Assembly: GCF_009914755.1 (NCBI RefSeq)
Contig: NC_060940.1
Source of the DNA: the human T2T-CHM13v2.0 reference genome, Homo sapiens
DNA length: 64,000 nucleotides
Direction: 5' to 3' (one strand)
Shown here: piece after piece, positions 1-12,689 of the stretch
Numbering within the stretch: the first letter of the stretch is position 1
How the letters are laid out: each line of letters starts with the position of its first letter
Notes under the pieces: model-generated
Seen by the model: only the letters and a program-made list of their open reading frames with translations
What the model was told of the DNA's origin: nothing
Database searches by the model: none
Position numbers and translations under genes: made by a program

Positions 1-117
1 TAAAAGAGGTAAGCAAAGACAACATATGATAAACCTAAGTGGCACAGATAATAAATGGCAGTGGGGAGGGGTTGGGGGGTTGGGGAGGTCTGTCTAGAGG
101 AAGTGAGAATTAAGGGG

Positions 118-377
118 CAACATAACATGATAACCAAGGTGCAGACTCTGGAGCCAGACTTCTGGGTTCTTACTCCAGCTCTGATCCTTGTAAGCTGTGA
201 CCTTAGGCTAGTTACTTAACGTCTATGTGCCTCAGTTTCCTCATCTATAAAATGGAAATACTCATGATAGATACTTCCTTCATTGCACTGTTATGGGGAC
301 TAAATGAGTTAATCTGGGTGAACCATTTACAATCACACTTGTCATAGAATGAACACTCAATAAATTAGCTATTATTA
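118..377 (+). mobile_element. MIR SINE, near full length
   Basis: Core 'ctctggagccagac...gtgaccttaggctagttacttaac...cctcagtttcctcatctataaaatgg' and 3' 'ctcaataaattagctattatt' match the MIR consensus. Confidence 0.9.
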
Positions 378-384
378 AGCTATG

Positions 385-1365
385 CCTTGACACTCAGATG
401 GAAGATGTGGGAGGATGGTGTGGAAACAGGAGGGGATTCCAGATTGGGAGAGGATCATGGGCAACAGTATGGAGGTGAGAGGAGAGAGGCATAGTCAGGA
501 AGTGATGGCCAGGTCAGGTTAGTTGGAGCAAGGTGGTGGTGCTGGGGGGTTAGTGGGAAATTAAGGGAGGAAGAAGGCTGGAGTCAGAGCATGTAGGCTC
601 TAAATGCCAGCCCACAAGACTGGGCTTGATCTCATGTTTGGTAAAAAGTCAAAGATAGCCTGGGCAGGAAACTTGTTCAATTCAAGTATTGTCTTTGATT
701 GATCTTGTAACAATATGTAGGACAATGTGAAGGACGGAAGTGATTAAAGCCTGGGAGGCCAGGTAGGTAGCAAGTACCTCCATTCAGGTGTCAACTTGAA
801 AAGGCCTAGACTGGGAAGGCAAAATTTGCGCTGCCACCCTCTCTTCCTATGTCCATGACAGACATCACTAATGGATCACGGCCGTCCCCCCCCATCGAGG
901 CCTGGAAATCTTTCTCCACCCTGTAATCCAGGTGGATACTATCAATGCGTCAGAGCTGGGACTTGAGAGGAAACTTACTTGCTTCCCCTGGCTTGGGTAG
1001 GCTAAGGTGGTGCCACTGGGGGTGACAGAGAAGGGATCAGTGCGAGCAATAGGAAAGAAAGGGAGGAAAGAAAGGGAAGCACAGAACGGACTAATGGACT
1101 GAAGAATGAAGAAGAGGAGGATGCAGAGATGACTTAGAGTTCCAGGAGGGCCGAGAAAATGTGTTTGGTGTTGTTGAAAACAGGAAAGAGAGGATGTGTT
1201 GTGGGAGCAGGGTGCAGCAATTTGGGTGAAGACACGGCGGCTTTGGGGCGGGTTGAGTTGGAGGCAAGTACTGGTCACCTGGCAGGAAACATTTAATCTG
1301 CACTTGAAGACAGGGTCCTGGAGTTCTGTCAGAGGCAGGAGCTGGGCCATATGGAGGTGATAGTG
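385..1365 (-). mobile_element. Fragmented ancient L2 LINE
   Basis: Diverged antisense L2-like blocks, e.g. 'gttgagttggaggc...ggtcctggagttc'. The 160-aa ORF 868-1350 lies over this region. Confidence 0.55.
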
Positions 1366-3624
1366 GACACGGCTAGAATAGGATCTCGGTCCTGGACTTA
1401 TGGCCCTTTCTGACCCTTGGTAACCCCAGGAGCTCTGACATTAGAAAACCCTGCTTCCATCCTATCAAACAAATTAAAATGCACCCACAGTCCACATTAA
1501 ACATAATTTTTATATAAGTAGACACAAATTGAGTTGGCTTGCAGTTGAGTAGTTGATGTCATGTTATGGTTTGTAGACATTTAAACATATATTAATTTTA
1601 ATTTAGTGGTTTTCTTTTCATATTTTAGAGCCAAAATATTTTTTTTTTCAGTTCTCAGATATTTTCACAGGCCCTTGAGAAGCATGTTATAAAGCTTAGA
1701 TATTATGCCTGTAATGCCAAATGTTTTAAAGAGCCGAGCCTGGGATGGAGGTGGCAGGGATCGGGTAAGGGTGGCGTGGGTCAGGGTTCTGACAAGCACC
1801 ATCCTAGAATCTGGGAACATCTTCTACCATCAGGTGTCCCCATCCTGTTGGCTTACACAAGACTCACAGCCACAAACCTGGCCACGGGCAGTCGTGAAAT
1901 TAACATCACAGCATGGGATAACTATCACGATGTGGGCATCAGCTATTTGGAATGGACACCCATGAGCTGGACCAGGATCCTGAAGGATCCCTTCAGCACC
2001 AGGTGTCGACTCCGCAGTTTCTGAATGTGGAGTCATCTTGGGAGTCCCAGAGAAAGGATCGGGACTGGCCGGAAGGTAGGGGGCACTCATGAGGGCAGAC
2101 AGCAGTTGTGTCCCAACCAGTGCAGAAATAGTTCAATGTTTTAATGACCTGCGAAAACCCAGCTCCTGGGGACCCCGGGTTCCTGCTCAGGATCCTTGGC
2201 TCCCCTGTCCTTGTGGGAATGCTTCTTCTGCTGAAAGTGCAGGTGTTCAGAACATTTAACCCCACTGTGTGGGTACCAAGAACCCTCCAGGGCTATGAGG
2301 GATCCATTCACTGAGGACAAACCACTCTGTTCAGGAAGAGAAGAGTCTTACAAGGTGCAACGAGATACCAGTGCCCAGGTGGGCTGCAGGCTGACTAATG
2401 AGATGCAGCAGAGCCGAGAAGGGTGTGGGCTCGTGGCCAACCCACCAGCCCACCCCTGGGATCTTCCCCACAGTTGATTCCTTCCTCTGCCCATCCCAAG
2501 GGTCTTCCACCCCTCCCCCAGGCCCACCCTCCCCCAGCCCCACTGGAGCAGGCCAAGTCGCAAAGTCTAAGTACTTTTTAAGCACTGCAATTTAGTGCAA
2601 TTATTTGAAAGTAAACAATCTGCTCTGTCAGTTAAACATTATTTAGCTTGCATTTCTTCTGATGCATCACACAATCAGCTCTGCAGCTCGCTGAGCAGGG
2701 CCCAGGGACTGGCTGCTGGCTTTTTAAACAGCCAGTTACCAGCGGTTCTGCAGCTAGAGCTTTGAGAGGCTTTCCTGTGAGTGCCCTCCATTCTAAGGTG
2801 ATGGGGGTTAAGGAGCAGGAAGGAGTTAGCAGCCACACCCCAGGACAGCTTCCCGGCCTGTCCTTTGGGGCACTGCCCTTTTCTCTCCCTTGGCTTCATT
2901 TCTTCTTCACCCTCTACCTTATCAGACCTGGAGGGTGCTGTCAGGTCCTGGAGGAAGAGAATCCTTCTGGGATATGTCCTCTGCCTCTGAGGTTAGCATT
3001 TTATTGTATTTTATTATGTTCTAGGTAGAATGAGTCCCAGTACGCAGTGCCTGAAAGCCTTTCTTTCATTTTTACGTGCATATGTATTTCATGGAAATTT
3101 AATCCATGTGTTTCCCATTCATTTACACTTAACTCTTCGAAATATTATTTCTAAGAGCTGTTTGATGTTCAGAGAGCCATGTCAGCCATTTATGAGAGGG
3201 CCCTCTGCTCCAGCATTCGACCCATCATTCCCTCAAACTGAAACATGCCTGGGTCCCCGTGGGGAAGCCAATATCTGCAGGGCACGGTTTTTAATGTAGA
3301 ACGTGGAGCTGTAGGAGGCAGAGAGGCTCAGACCTGAGCATTCTGAGGCTACAGTGGTGCCCCAAGGAAGAGGCTGGCAAGCAGGAGACTGAGCTCCCAT
3401 CCTCCCAGGACTAATGCTTCATACCCAGCCCTGCTCCGTAGCCAGCGGCAGCCAAACTCCTGTGGTTTCAACATTGCCTGGAGATTTTCTTTGTCTCGGA
3501 CTCAGATGACTAGATGTTACCTGGTTTTCAAGACCCAGTCTTGCTCCAAATCATTGTTTGGCCAATTGACACGGCTTCACAAAGCAGGCTATTTTGCTGA
3601 CAGATGCTCTAAGGATAATCAATA

Positions 3625-3830
3625 ACCATTTGCATGTGTAAAGGGTATCACAGTTCATAAAGTGATTTTACATCCGTCTTTATGGCCCTTCTTTCAATGA
3701 CTCTTCAAAATGGGCGGAACAGAGACCAGCCCGCCCCCATTTTGCAGTTGGGGAAACTGAGACCCAAAGGAATGAAACCCAGAATTGAATTCAAGTGTTC
3801 TGTTACAAGTTAGGCAATCTCCCACTCCAA
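3625..3830 (-). mobile_element. MIR fragment
   Basis: 'cccattttgcagttggggaaactgagacccaaag' is the antisense MIR core. Confidence 0.7.
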
Positions 3831-3999
3831 CAAATCCATCTTTCTATGGGGTCGGATCATAATCTTGAAAGACACAATCCCAAACACCATAATCCCAAAT
3901 GGTGAAATCCCAAAAGATCAAAACCTCTAAAGTCTAAAATCCCAAAAATCACAATCCTGAAAGTTGAAATCCTGAATGTGAAATTCCGAAGAAGGGATG

Positions 4000-4290
4000 G
4001 GCACTTATTTTGTTGTATGCAGGATAGCTGCGTCATGTTAGTTGCATTACATTAGGTGGAATTATCACCTAGTTATTGTCTTTATTTGGAAATTAAGCAC
4101 AGTTCAAGAAGATGTAAAGGGAGGCCAAGTTGACAAGAGGTGGACTTGTGGACTTAATTTTACATATCCACTTGACTAGATTAAGGAATATCTGGTAAAG
4201 GTATTATTCTGGATGTGTCTGTGAGAGTGTTTCCAGAGATTACTGTGTGAATCTGAGTGGACAAGGTGGGAAGATCTGCTCTCAATGTTT
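4000..4290 (+). mobile_element. Captured ERVL 3'-internal, polypurine tract and MLT2 LTR 5' piece inside Ricksha
   Basis: 'gccaagttgacaagaggtggact|tgtggacttaatttt...ggatgtgtctgtgagagtgtttccagag' resembles the ERVL internal/MLT2 junction. Confidence 0.75.
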
Positions 4291-4589
4291 GAGTGTTTCA
4301 AACATAGAAGAAGTGAAACCACAGGTGAAAAATGCATGAAATTTCCCTTGCCAATTTGTTCAATCATGTATGGCTTCTGCCTCTTCGCACACATCTCCAT
4401 GTTTGCTTTCAAAAAACACCCTTCATCAGAGAATAAAAACAATTTGACAATATATACACCCACTATGTACACACGAAAAAAATTTTAAAAAACAAACAAA
4501 AAACAACAACAAAAAATTCAATAAGCTCAACAACTTCCAGAACCAAAAACACTTGCTGATACAGAGGTTCCTATAGTGTTTTAGAGGTT

Positions 4590-5569
4590 GAACTGTTCTT
4601 GGTTAGGGATTTGACTGTTGAAGAAGATAGACTTCTTATATTTACCATTAAAGCCAACATAAAGAAACTAGTGCACCCTTCACTTTGGCTAATGTATTAC
4701 ACTTTCCCAACTATTTTTTTTAAATCAACAATTATCCCATTTATGCCCCTGTTGGATCTGGAAATTCTAAAATTAAAAATTTTAATAAATCTGCTTATTT
4801 ATGTATTAATGACTTGGAAAATGGAGCACTTTATAAATGCTTATTTGAAGATTTGGTAGACTTTGCAGAAGCAAATGGATTTCAGTTGAATCCCCAAACC
4901 ATGGCAGATTTGGAATTAGGTGCAAGCAAGGCTCCTAAAAGTGAATTTCAAGGTGTCACCAATAAACTTTGTTTTTTCCGTTCAGCCCAATGCATTTGGC
5001 AGAAAATTCAGATAAGGGGATTGGCCACTCAATAGGGCAACCAGAAAAACTTCAGTTTAAAAATGCGTCATTTGTCTGCATTGGCATTCCTTCCGGCTGA
5101 TGAAATTCCAGGAGATTTTAAGGAATTAAAGCCACATTTGCCTGAAGGAGGCAGCGAACTTACTCATGGCTTCAAAAATAATTACGTGCATGGTAGGATA
5201 AGAAGACACTTATAAACCTGTGTCGCTGTTCGATTACCAATATTGTTTCCACCAAATCTGTGGTCTGAGTATGAGTGCATGTTGAATAACTTTCCACATA
5301 CCCCAAACAGCATAGAAGCATGGCTGAAGATGGGAAAATTTAATAGGGAGTGCACATGTTGGTGTGTATTAAATCGTAGAAGAATTTCAAAAAGAGCAGT
5401 GCCATGTACAAAGTGAATTTGAACATATCCCCTGAGAGAAGCCACGTCCTAAAAGAAAATAAACAGCTATTCATCATGACGCAAGCCTTCAAAATATAGT
5501 TGGTGATCATGAGGCTCGCCAACTTTTGTGGACTACCTCCGTGCAATTGCCCATAACCTATCCCTGTAA
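4590..5569 (+). pseudogene. Degenerate MULE DDE transposase (Ricksha), frameshifted with stops
   Basis: ORF pieces 'DRLLIFT..LWLMYYTF', 'LYKCLFEDLVDFAEANGFQLNPQTMADLELGA..EF..CFFRSAQCIWQKIQ..GL', 'PNSIEAW' and 'DYLRAIAHNLSL*' (stop 5567-5569) follow the MULE transposase domain layout. Confidence 0.85.
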
Positions 5570-5962
5570 TTCACTTTTTCATATGTCAAATTTTCTTTTT
5601 AGTTTTTGATAGTGTTTTTTCTCATTATTTTAAATTGTCAGCTTTATTTGTTACAATTTACTATGCTGTGTACTTCATCTGCTCATCATTTCCAATACTG
5701 AAGGTATAAATTGTGTAACGACTTTTAGAGGTTCTCATTTTGTTTTATGCTTTTTTTTTTGGCAAATCTGAATTCATGAAAGTGCATTGTCACAACGTTG
5801 ACTTGTGTGTGAGCATTGTGCATGTAGGCAAAAACATTGAAACTTCCTCAATAAATAAAGAGATATCTGATTTGTACATGTGCATTTGTGGAGAGATAAA
5901 TTTCTTGAGATCTCAATTCTTTGGGCAAATGCTTATGTGCCCGTTGCAATTTTTGACCAATC

Positions 5963-6036
5963 TTTTTTTTTTTTTTTTTTTTTTTTGAGACACAGTCTCG
6001 CTCTGTTGCCCAGGCTGGAGTGCAGTGGCGCGATCT
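5963..6036 (-). mobile_element. Severely 5'-truncated Alu (last ~50 nt plus poly-A) inserted in Ricksha
   Basis: Poly-T followed by 'gagacacagtctcgctctgttgcccaggctggagtgcagtggcgcgatct', then an immediate return to Ricksha sequence. Confidence 0.9.
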
Positions 6037-6519
6037 TTAGGTTGTGCTTCATAGTATTTCAGATGACCACAGTTACAAAGCGGGTGCACACAATTACCAG
6101 CCATAGAAATATGCCTTTATACATCTCGGTTTTCGACCTATTTCTTTGTGTGTATGGTTTGTCTCTTCATAGCTGTTAACCCAAGTGACTGTCATTAGTA
6201 TACCTGACTGTTGATGCTTGCAAAAATAAAACAGGCAATAAAATATTGTCTATTTTATTGTATAACGTGGCCCATGAACTGTTCTGTCATGTTTTTGTAT
6301 GTTTTGAAATAAATTTCTTTTCAAAAAGGTAAATTAATGTCTTTAAATAATTAAAAAAAATTTTTTTTAGAATTATATTTTCAGGATTTTGAATTTCAAG
6401 ATTTCAACATTTTGTATCATGAGATCTAGGGCTGTGTTTTTTGGGATTGTGGCCCAAGCCTGCTGAGTTAACACATTCCCAATTCTTACCTCCTTCACTC
6501 ACTCTTTACTTTCGATATG

Positions 6520-6860
6520 TGGCCCCACAATAGCCCTGTGAAGTAAATATTAAGAGAAGTAGTGATATTCCCATTTAACAGATGGAAACAGCGAAGCTTA
6601 AGAGGCTGTATTCTTGCTTAAGCACGCACAGCTTGAATCTTAAGCTCTTGCTCTTATAAAACACTGCACACATATTAAAAGTTGGAGATAAAGAGCGTAA
6701 GAGTCCAAAGATCCTCTGGAGGAATAATTTATTATTTGCACAAACATTTTTTGAATACCTAATTTAAGCCAGGTACCATGATAGATGCCAGGAATAAAAT
6801 GGGGACCACAAGAGATATGGGGCCTTCTTTAGTGGGAGGGCAGACGTGGCCACAGAAAAT
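6520..6860 (-). mobile_element. MIR fragment followed by L2 3'-end fragment
   Basis: 'cccatttaacagatggaaacagcgaagctt' (MIR) and 'caaacattttttgaatacct...ccaggtaccatgatagatgc' (L2). Confidence 0.6.
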
Positions 6861-6961
6861 GACATCCCTGAGGCCTGAGAAACGGTCATCGTCATGGTTA
6901 GGGGAGAGTAGACAGGGACAGAAGATGAGAGAAGAAATGCATAGTCGCTCATCTCCATGCA

Positions 6962-7337
6962 TGATATGGTTTGGCTGTGTCCCCACCCAAATCTCATCTT
7001 GAATTGTAGTTTTCATAATACCCACATGTTGTGGGAGGGGCCAGTAGGAGGTAATTGAATCATGGGGGCAGTTACCTCCATGCTGTTCTCATGATGGTGA
7101 GTGACTTCTCACAAGATCTGATGGTTTTATAAGGGGCTTTCCCCAACTTTGCTCATTCTTCTCCTTGTTGCCACCCTGTGAAGAAGGACGCATTTGCTTT
7201 CCCTTGTGTCAGGATTGCAAATTTCCTGAGGCCTCCCTAGCCTTGCAGAACTGTGAACCAATTAAATCTCTTTTCTTTGTAAATTACCCAGTCTTGTGTA
7301 TGTCTTTATATTAGCAGCGTGAGAACAGACTAATGCA
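6962..7337 (+). mobile_element. THE1 (THE1C-like) MaLR solo LTR
   Basis: Begins TGATATGGTTTGGCTGTGTCCCCACCCAAATCTC and ends GAACAGACTAATGCA. Perfect 5-bp TSD ATGCA at 6957-6961 and 7338-7342. Confidence 0.95.
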
Positions 7338-7523
7338 ATGCACAATCAAAATGAGAAGCATTTCCTTTTTCATATTGAAACCATTTCTGCAATTTTGCCC
7401 ATATTAGATGTTTTCTTTTCTTCTTAGTGCAGTTCCCTAGGATAATTCTGGACATGCTCTTCTGTAAGCCAGGACGCTCTACCTGTCTCAGTTCAACATT
7501 TATGGAATAACTACTATAGGCCA

Positions 7524-7852
7524 AGCATTGTTCTGGATCAGTATAAATTGAACCATAAATGTAATTTAAAATTTTCTAATAGCCACATAAGACATACTAA
7601 AATGAAACAGCTGAAATTAAAGTGAATAGTATATTTAACTTACCCCAGTATATCCAAATTGTTATTATTTTGACAATACTATCATTATAATATGAATACA
7701 ACAATTATTAATGAAATATTTTATATTCTTTTTTCATACTGAGTTTTTGAAATCCTCTGTGTATCATGCACTTACAGAACACTTCAGTTTAGACTGGACA
7801 CGTTTCGAGTGCTTAATGGCCACATGTGTCCAGCGGCTACCATATTAGACAG
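7524..7852. mobile_element. MER33 (hAT-Charlie MITE)
   Basis: 'tgtaatttaaaattttctaatagccacat...gtgcttaatggccacatgtgtccagcggctaccatattagacag'. Confidence 0.85.
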
Positions 7853-8209
7853 TTAGCTGTGCATTTTATAGCATTGTTTTAGTCAATGACAAATGTTGTT
7901 TTGGTTATATGACAGTAGTCCCATAAGATTATAATACCATTTTTTTTCACTGCACCTTTTCTGTTTGAATATATTTAGATACACAAATACTTACCACTGG
8001 GTTACGATTGCCTACAGTATTCAGTACAGTCACAAGCTGTACAGGTTTGTAGCCTAGGAGTAATGGACTATACCACACAGCCTAGACGTGTAGTGGGCTG
8101 TTACATCTAGGTTAACAGAAGTGCACTCTTTGGTATTTCAACAACAACGAAATAACCTAATGACACATTTTTCAGAACATATCCACATTATTAAGCAATG
8201 CAGGTCTGT
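7853..8209. mobile_element. Tigger3a (TcMar-Tigger MITE)
   Basis: 'gtcccataagattataatacc...tttagatacacaaatacttacc...gcctacagtattcagtacagt...tgtacaggtttgtagcctaggag'. Confidence 0.9.
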
Positions 8210-8381
8210 ATGTCACTTTCACTAGCAACTCACTGGCTAGCACTGGTCCCACTCGCTCACACAGGGGTCAGGAAGTGTTAATGATCTTACTTGGAGCCCA
8301 GGAAGAGAGAAAACCAGAAATATTTGATGAGTGGCCCAAATGGACTAACTATACACAGCTCCCAAAAGACCCTCTCTGGGA

Positions 8382-8671
8382 GGCTGTTCACAGTGGTTCA
8401 CGCCTATAATCCTGGCACTTCGGGAGGCCAAGGTGAGAAGATTGCTTGAGGCCGGGAGCCCAAGACCAGCCTGAGCGACATAGTGAGACTCCATCTCTAC
8501 AAAAAATAAAATATTAGCCAGGTGTGGCGGTGTGTGCCTATAGTCTCAGCTCCTTGGGAGGTTGGATCCTTGAGCCCAGGAACTAGAGTCCACAGTGAGC
8601 TATGATCATGCCACTGTACTCCAGCCTGGGTGACAGTGAGACTTGTCTCCAGAAAAAAAAAAAAAAAAAAA
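8382..8671 (+). mobile_element. AluJ
   Basis: Dimeric Alu with J-type features and poly-A. Degenerate TSD 'aaaagaccYtctc'. Confidence 0.9.
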
Positions 8672-9870
8672 GACCTTCTCAAGGAGTCCCTTCTCCCTCC
8701 CCCATTTCAAAGGCGTGACCCAGGCTTCTCAGGCTATCTGAGGCCTTCTATCACTGAGGACTTCCTGTTCAGCTTGGCTTCCTCCCTAGTCCAGAGTCCA
8801 CACGTGCAGCAAAAGAGGAGATGTGACCAACCTTGGTGGCGTTGTGTTTCCAGGAAGTTCTATGTGGGTCTCCGTGTGTGTGGTGGGGGGACCTGCTGGG
8901 CTTTATTTTTCCCAGGGTTTCCTCTCCCTTGAATGCTGGATTAGTCCTTGCCTATCAGAAACTGATAAGGCCATGGAAAAAGTGAGGCTATGGCTGGAGA
9001 CCAGAAGAGAGGCCTGGAGGGAGCTGGGAATTTTCCCATCATCCCAGGAAAAACCTGTCTTGTATCTCCGAGCCCCGCCTTTGCCCCCAGATTTCAGGGA
9101 CTCATGCAAGTTTTCCACAAACCGATTTTGTTGCATAGAAATTGATGAATGAGCTCAGACAGAAACAGTTGTCATGGAAAACAGCCACTGAGATACTGGT
9201 CACCAACCAATCCCTGGCTCCAGGTCAGAGCAGACAGTGGGGACGCCAAATGGTGGAGAGAGGGGCTTTCCTTTTTCTCTGTATAAATTTCATTGATGCT
9301 CACTTCCTGTCCAGGCCATGGCTCAGCCCTAGGAGGACCTATCCTTGGCCTGGACCCCTCAGGGGCAGGACCTGGATCTCAACAATAGAAGCCCGTTAGT
9401 GAATAGTTATCATTAATTTTTGGAGGAATCCTAAGAAATGGAAAAAGCAAGAACAATTTAAAAATAGAGTTTGTGGTGAATTTGAAACATATCTGAAGGT
9501 GGCTTTATGAAAGGGACCTTAAAGATGGGATAAAGAAGTGGCCCTGGGCCAATTCTTCCAATAAAAGAGTTGGGAGGCTTTTCCCAGCCTGCCCTGGTTT
9601 GAGGATGGAAGGCTGCTGTATCTCCCTAAGTCAGCCACCTTACCATAAATTGTCCCTACCTTGGAGCCACACCATCCAGGCTCAGAAAATATTTGCTTTG
9701 GCACCCTCCAGAGCCCAACTACTTCTGGAGAGTAGAAACACGCCAGGGGCATGTTTATAAAGCTATCTGATGGGAGCCACTGCTGGCCCACAGGAGATAG
9801 GGTGTGAGCTCAAAAAAGGTATCTGCTCTGGGTGGACTTAGCTCCTGAATATCAGCTAGGAGCAGGTTCC

Positions 9871-10195
<325 letters not shown>

Positions 10196-10464
10196 TGACT
10201 GGGTATCTTTAGGCAAGTGATCTCCTTCTTAAGTCTGAGCTTAAGCTTTATCCCTTTCTTCAAAATAGAGACCTCGTTCCTCCCACCTGCACTGCCCTCG
10301 TGAGGCTGCTGCTCTCTGTGCCCCTTCCCTGGGCCCCTTTGCCTGGCCCACTCCTGCTCTCCCTTCATTTCCAGTGGATGCCTCTCGAGGAGCCTCAGCT
10401 TAGGTGCTCTTTGCTTTCCCTGCTCCTGGACTGTCCCCAGCTCCATGCTTGCCCCCTTGTATTG

Positions 10465-10606
10465 TTATTATCTTTCCCATGAGACAGTAAGTTCCAGGAG
10501 GGTGGGAATCCTATCTGCCTGATAGGATCCCTGCTGAAACCCTGGCCCCTAAAACAGTGCCTGGCACATAGTAGGAACTCAATCAAATGGCTGAATTAAT
10601 GAATGA
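10465..10606 (+). mobile_element. L2 3' end
   Basis: 'aacagtgcctggcacatagtaggaactcaatcaaatggctgaattaatgaatga'. Confidence 0.8.
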
Positions 10607-10693
10607 TCAAACAAAGGAATGAAGTCTAAACCCATTTGTATTTTTTTCTTAAGGAGCTTGCTGTTCCATAGTTATTAATACAAATGTAGGGAT

Positions 10694-11015
<322 letters not shown>

Positions 11016-11244
11016 TCAAATGGAGGAATGGTTTCTCTTCCCCAGCTGGAATCTCCCAAAGGGCTGGGGGACACAGGGTATGCCTCCCCTGTCAGACACA
11101 TGGATCCCCAAGCTGAGCTTTTCTTCTTCTCCCTCTTCTTTGCAGATAGCTATGTATGGAGGCCCTCCTACTGTGCATACTGACTGAATATGACCTGCCA
11201 TTAGCCAGGGTTTTAGCACTTGCTTCTGCACTCCCTGCCCACAG

Positions 11245-11485
11245 GACAGCCCAGAACTGGCTCTGGAAGCGAGTGTCCTGGATTCCAATCTTGACTGTGC
11301 TATGCCCTTACTGTATCCTCTTCGGCTGGTTATTTAACCTCACTGGGTCTTGCTTTGCTCATATGTAAAATGGGGATAGTAACAGTAGCAATTAATGAGG
11401 GTTTCTGAGGATTAAATGAGATCATGAATGTGAAATGATTAGACTGTGTCTGGCACATAATAAGCAATCAATAAATGGCAGCTCT
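11245..11485 (+). mobile_element. MIR
   Basis: 'gtaaaatggggatagtaa...gaggattaaatgagat...ctggcacataataagcaatcaataaatggcagct'. Confidence 0.85.
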
Positions 11486-11839
11486 GGTCATGATAATGCT
11501 ATTATTCCTCATGGTTCCACAATTCCCTCCAGCTGGGGTCTGCTTCTGGTCCTGACCTCAGAGGAGATTTAATGTTGTCATTCACTCAAGTTGTTCAGTC
11601 ATTCATCATTCAAACAGACCTCTACTGGGCTTGTGCTCTGTGCCTGGCTCTTTCTTGGTCTTAAGGATGCAGAGGGACTAGGAAGAGAGGGAGTCTCTGG
11701 TCTGAGGTTGGTGTGCTGAGTTCGGCACCAGGGCAGCTGAGTGCTTGTGTCTGTCCTCATGTGACTGACCCTTCTCAGCATCTTGGAGATGCCCCTCTAA
11801 GAATCCTTCATGGAAGCAGTGACTTCAATATTGATCTAT

Positions 11840-12175
11840 GCAATTCACATATTTATTAAGTACCAACCGTATACAAGCACTGGAGATGCAGAGTGAGTGA
11901 GACAGAGCTCCTGTCCTTGGGAAGCTCATATCAATCTGTTGGGAAACAGATTACAAAATGACAACCATAGGACACATGGTGTTAGGTAGGAAAAATAATC
12001 ATGTGTAAAGAGAGTAAAGCAACTTTGGACAGGATGGGCAAGAAAGGTGTCCTGGAGAAGGCCACATCTGAGCAGAGACCTGAATGAACCATGTGACTTT
12101 TTAGGGAAAGGATGTTCCTGGCAGAGGGAAGACACACACAAAGCCCTGAGGGAGAGGGTGCTTGACACATGCTTC
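11840..12175 (-). mobile_element. L2 3' region
   Basis: 'catatttattaagtacc...gcactggagatgcag...gagaaggccacatctgagcagagacctgaatga'. Confidence 0.8.
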
Positions 12176-12689
12176 AGAGGTCTCTGACCAGGCCTGTGGT
12201 TCATAACAACTTGAGGAACCCTGGCCCAGTCATCCATATTCCAGGGGAAAGAGGATATTTCTGTTCTTGATCATCTAAAATGTCACATTACTGTGTTGTA
12301 GAATACAGATTTCTTAGTTCCTTTGATATTCACAGGTTTTGGTCCCCAGGGATCCATTCTGTTTTAAAGGTGACAAATTCCCCCCCGCTTTCCTTGGGCT
12401 TTATATACTGAACATTAAGTTTGGGGCTGCTCTCATGACCCAAACAGAAAATAGGTTTTCCACTGTGGAAAACAGCAAAACTGGGTCCACACTGGAACTT
12501 TCATTTCTACTGATTGGGTGAAGCTGATCACCCAATGATTGCTATTGATTGGAAAGCCCCTTTGTCTCCTTGGATCTCAGTCTTTGCATCTGCAAAATGG
12601 AGCAAATCTTATCTACTCTATGCCCCAGCCCACCTCATGGAAGACACAGGGTCCTCCTATCCCTCTCCATCATTTTTGCCCTCATCCAA

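Larger units (their letters stand above)
3848..6460 (+). mobile_element. Ricksha (MULE/MuDR-superfamily DNA transposon) with both terminal inverted repeats
   Basis: Left end 'ggggtcggatcataatcttgaaagacacaatcccaaacaccataatccc...' is an ~80-bp imperfect inverted repeat of the right end '...ggattttgaatttcaagatttcaacat...ttgggattgtggcccaagcc'. It contains a MULE transposase remnant and an ERVL fragment. Confidence 0.9.

Noticed and set aside
868-1350. 160-aa minus-strand ORF
   Set aside because: It overlaps decayed L2 sequence, has no recognisable domain and no supporting gene structure.
1992-2012. TTCAGCACC, the left half of a REST/RE1 site
   Set aside because: The GGACAG right half is absent at canonical spacing.
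3835-6475. 9-bp MULE target-site duplication around Ricksha
   Set aside because: The flanks do not match convincingly, so no TSD is claimed.
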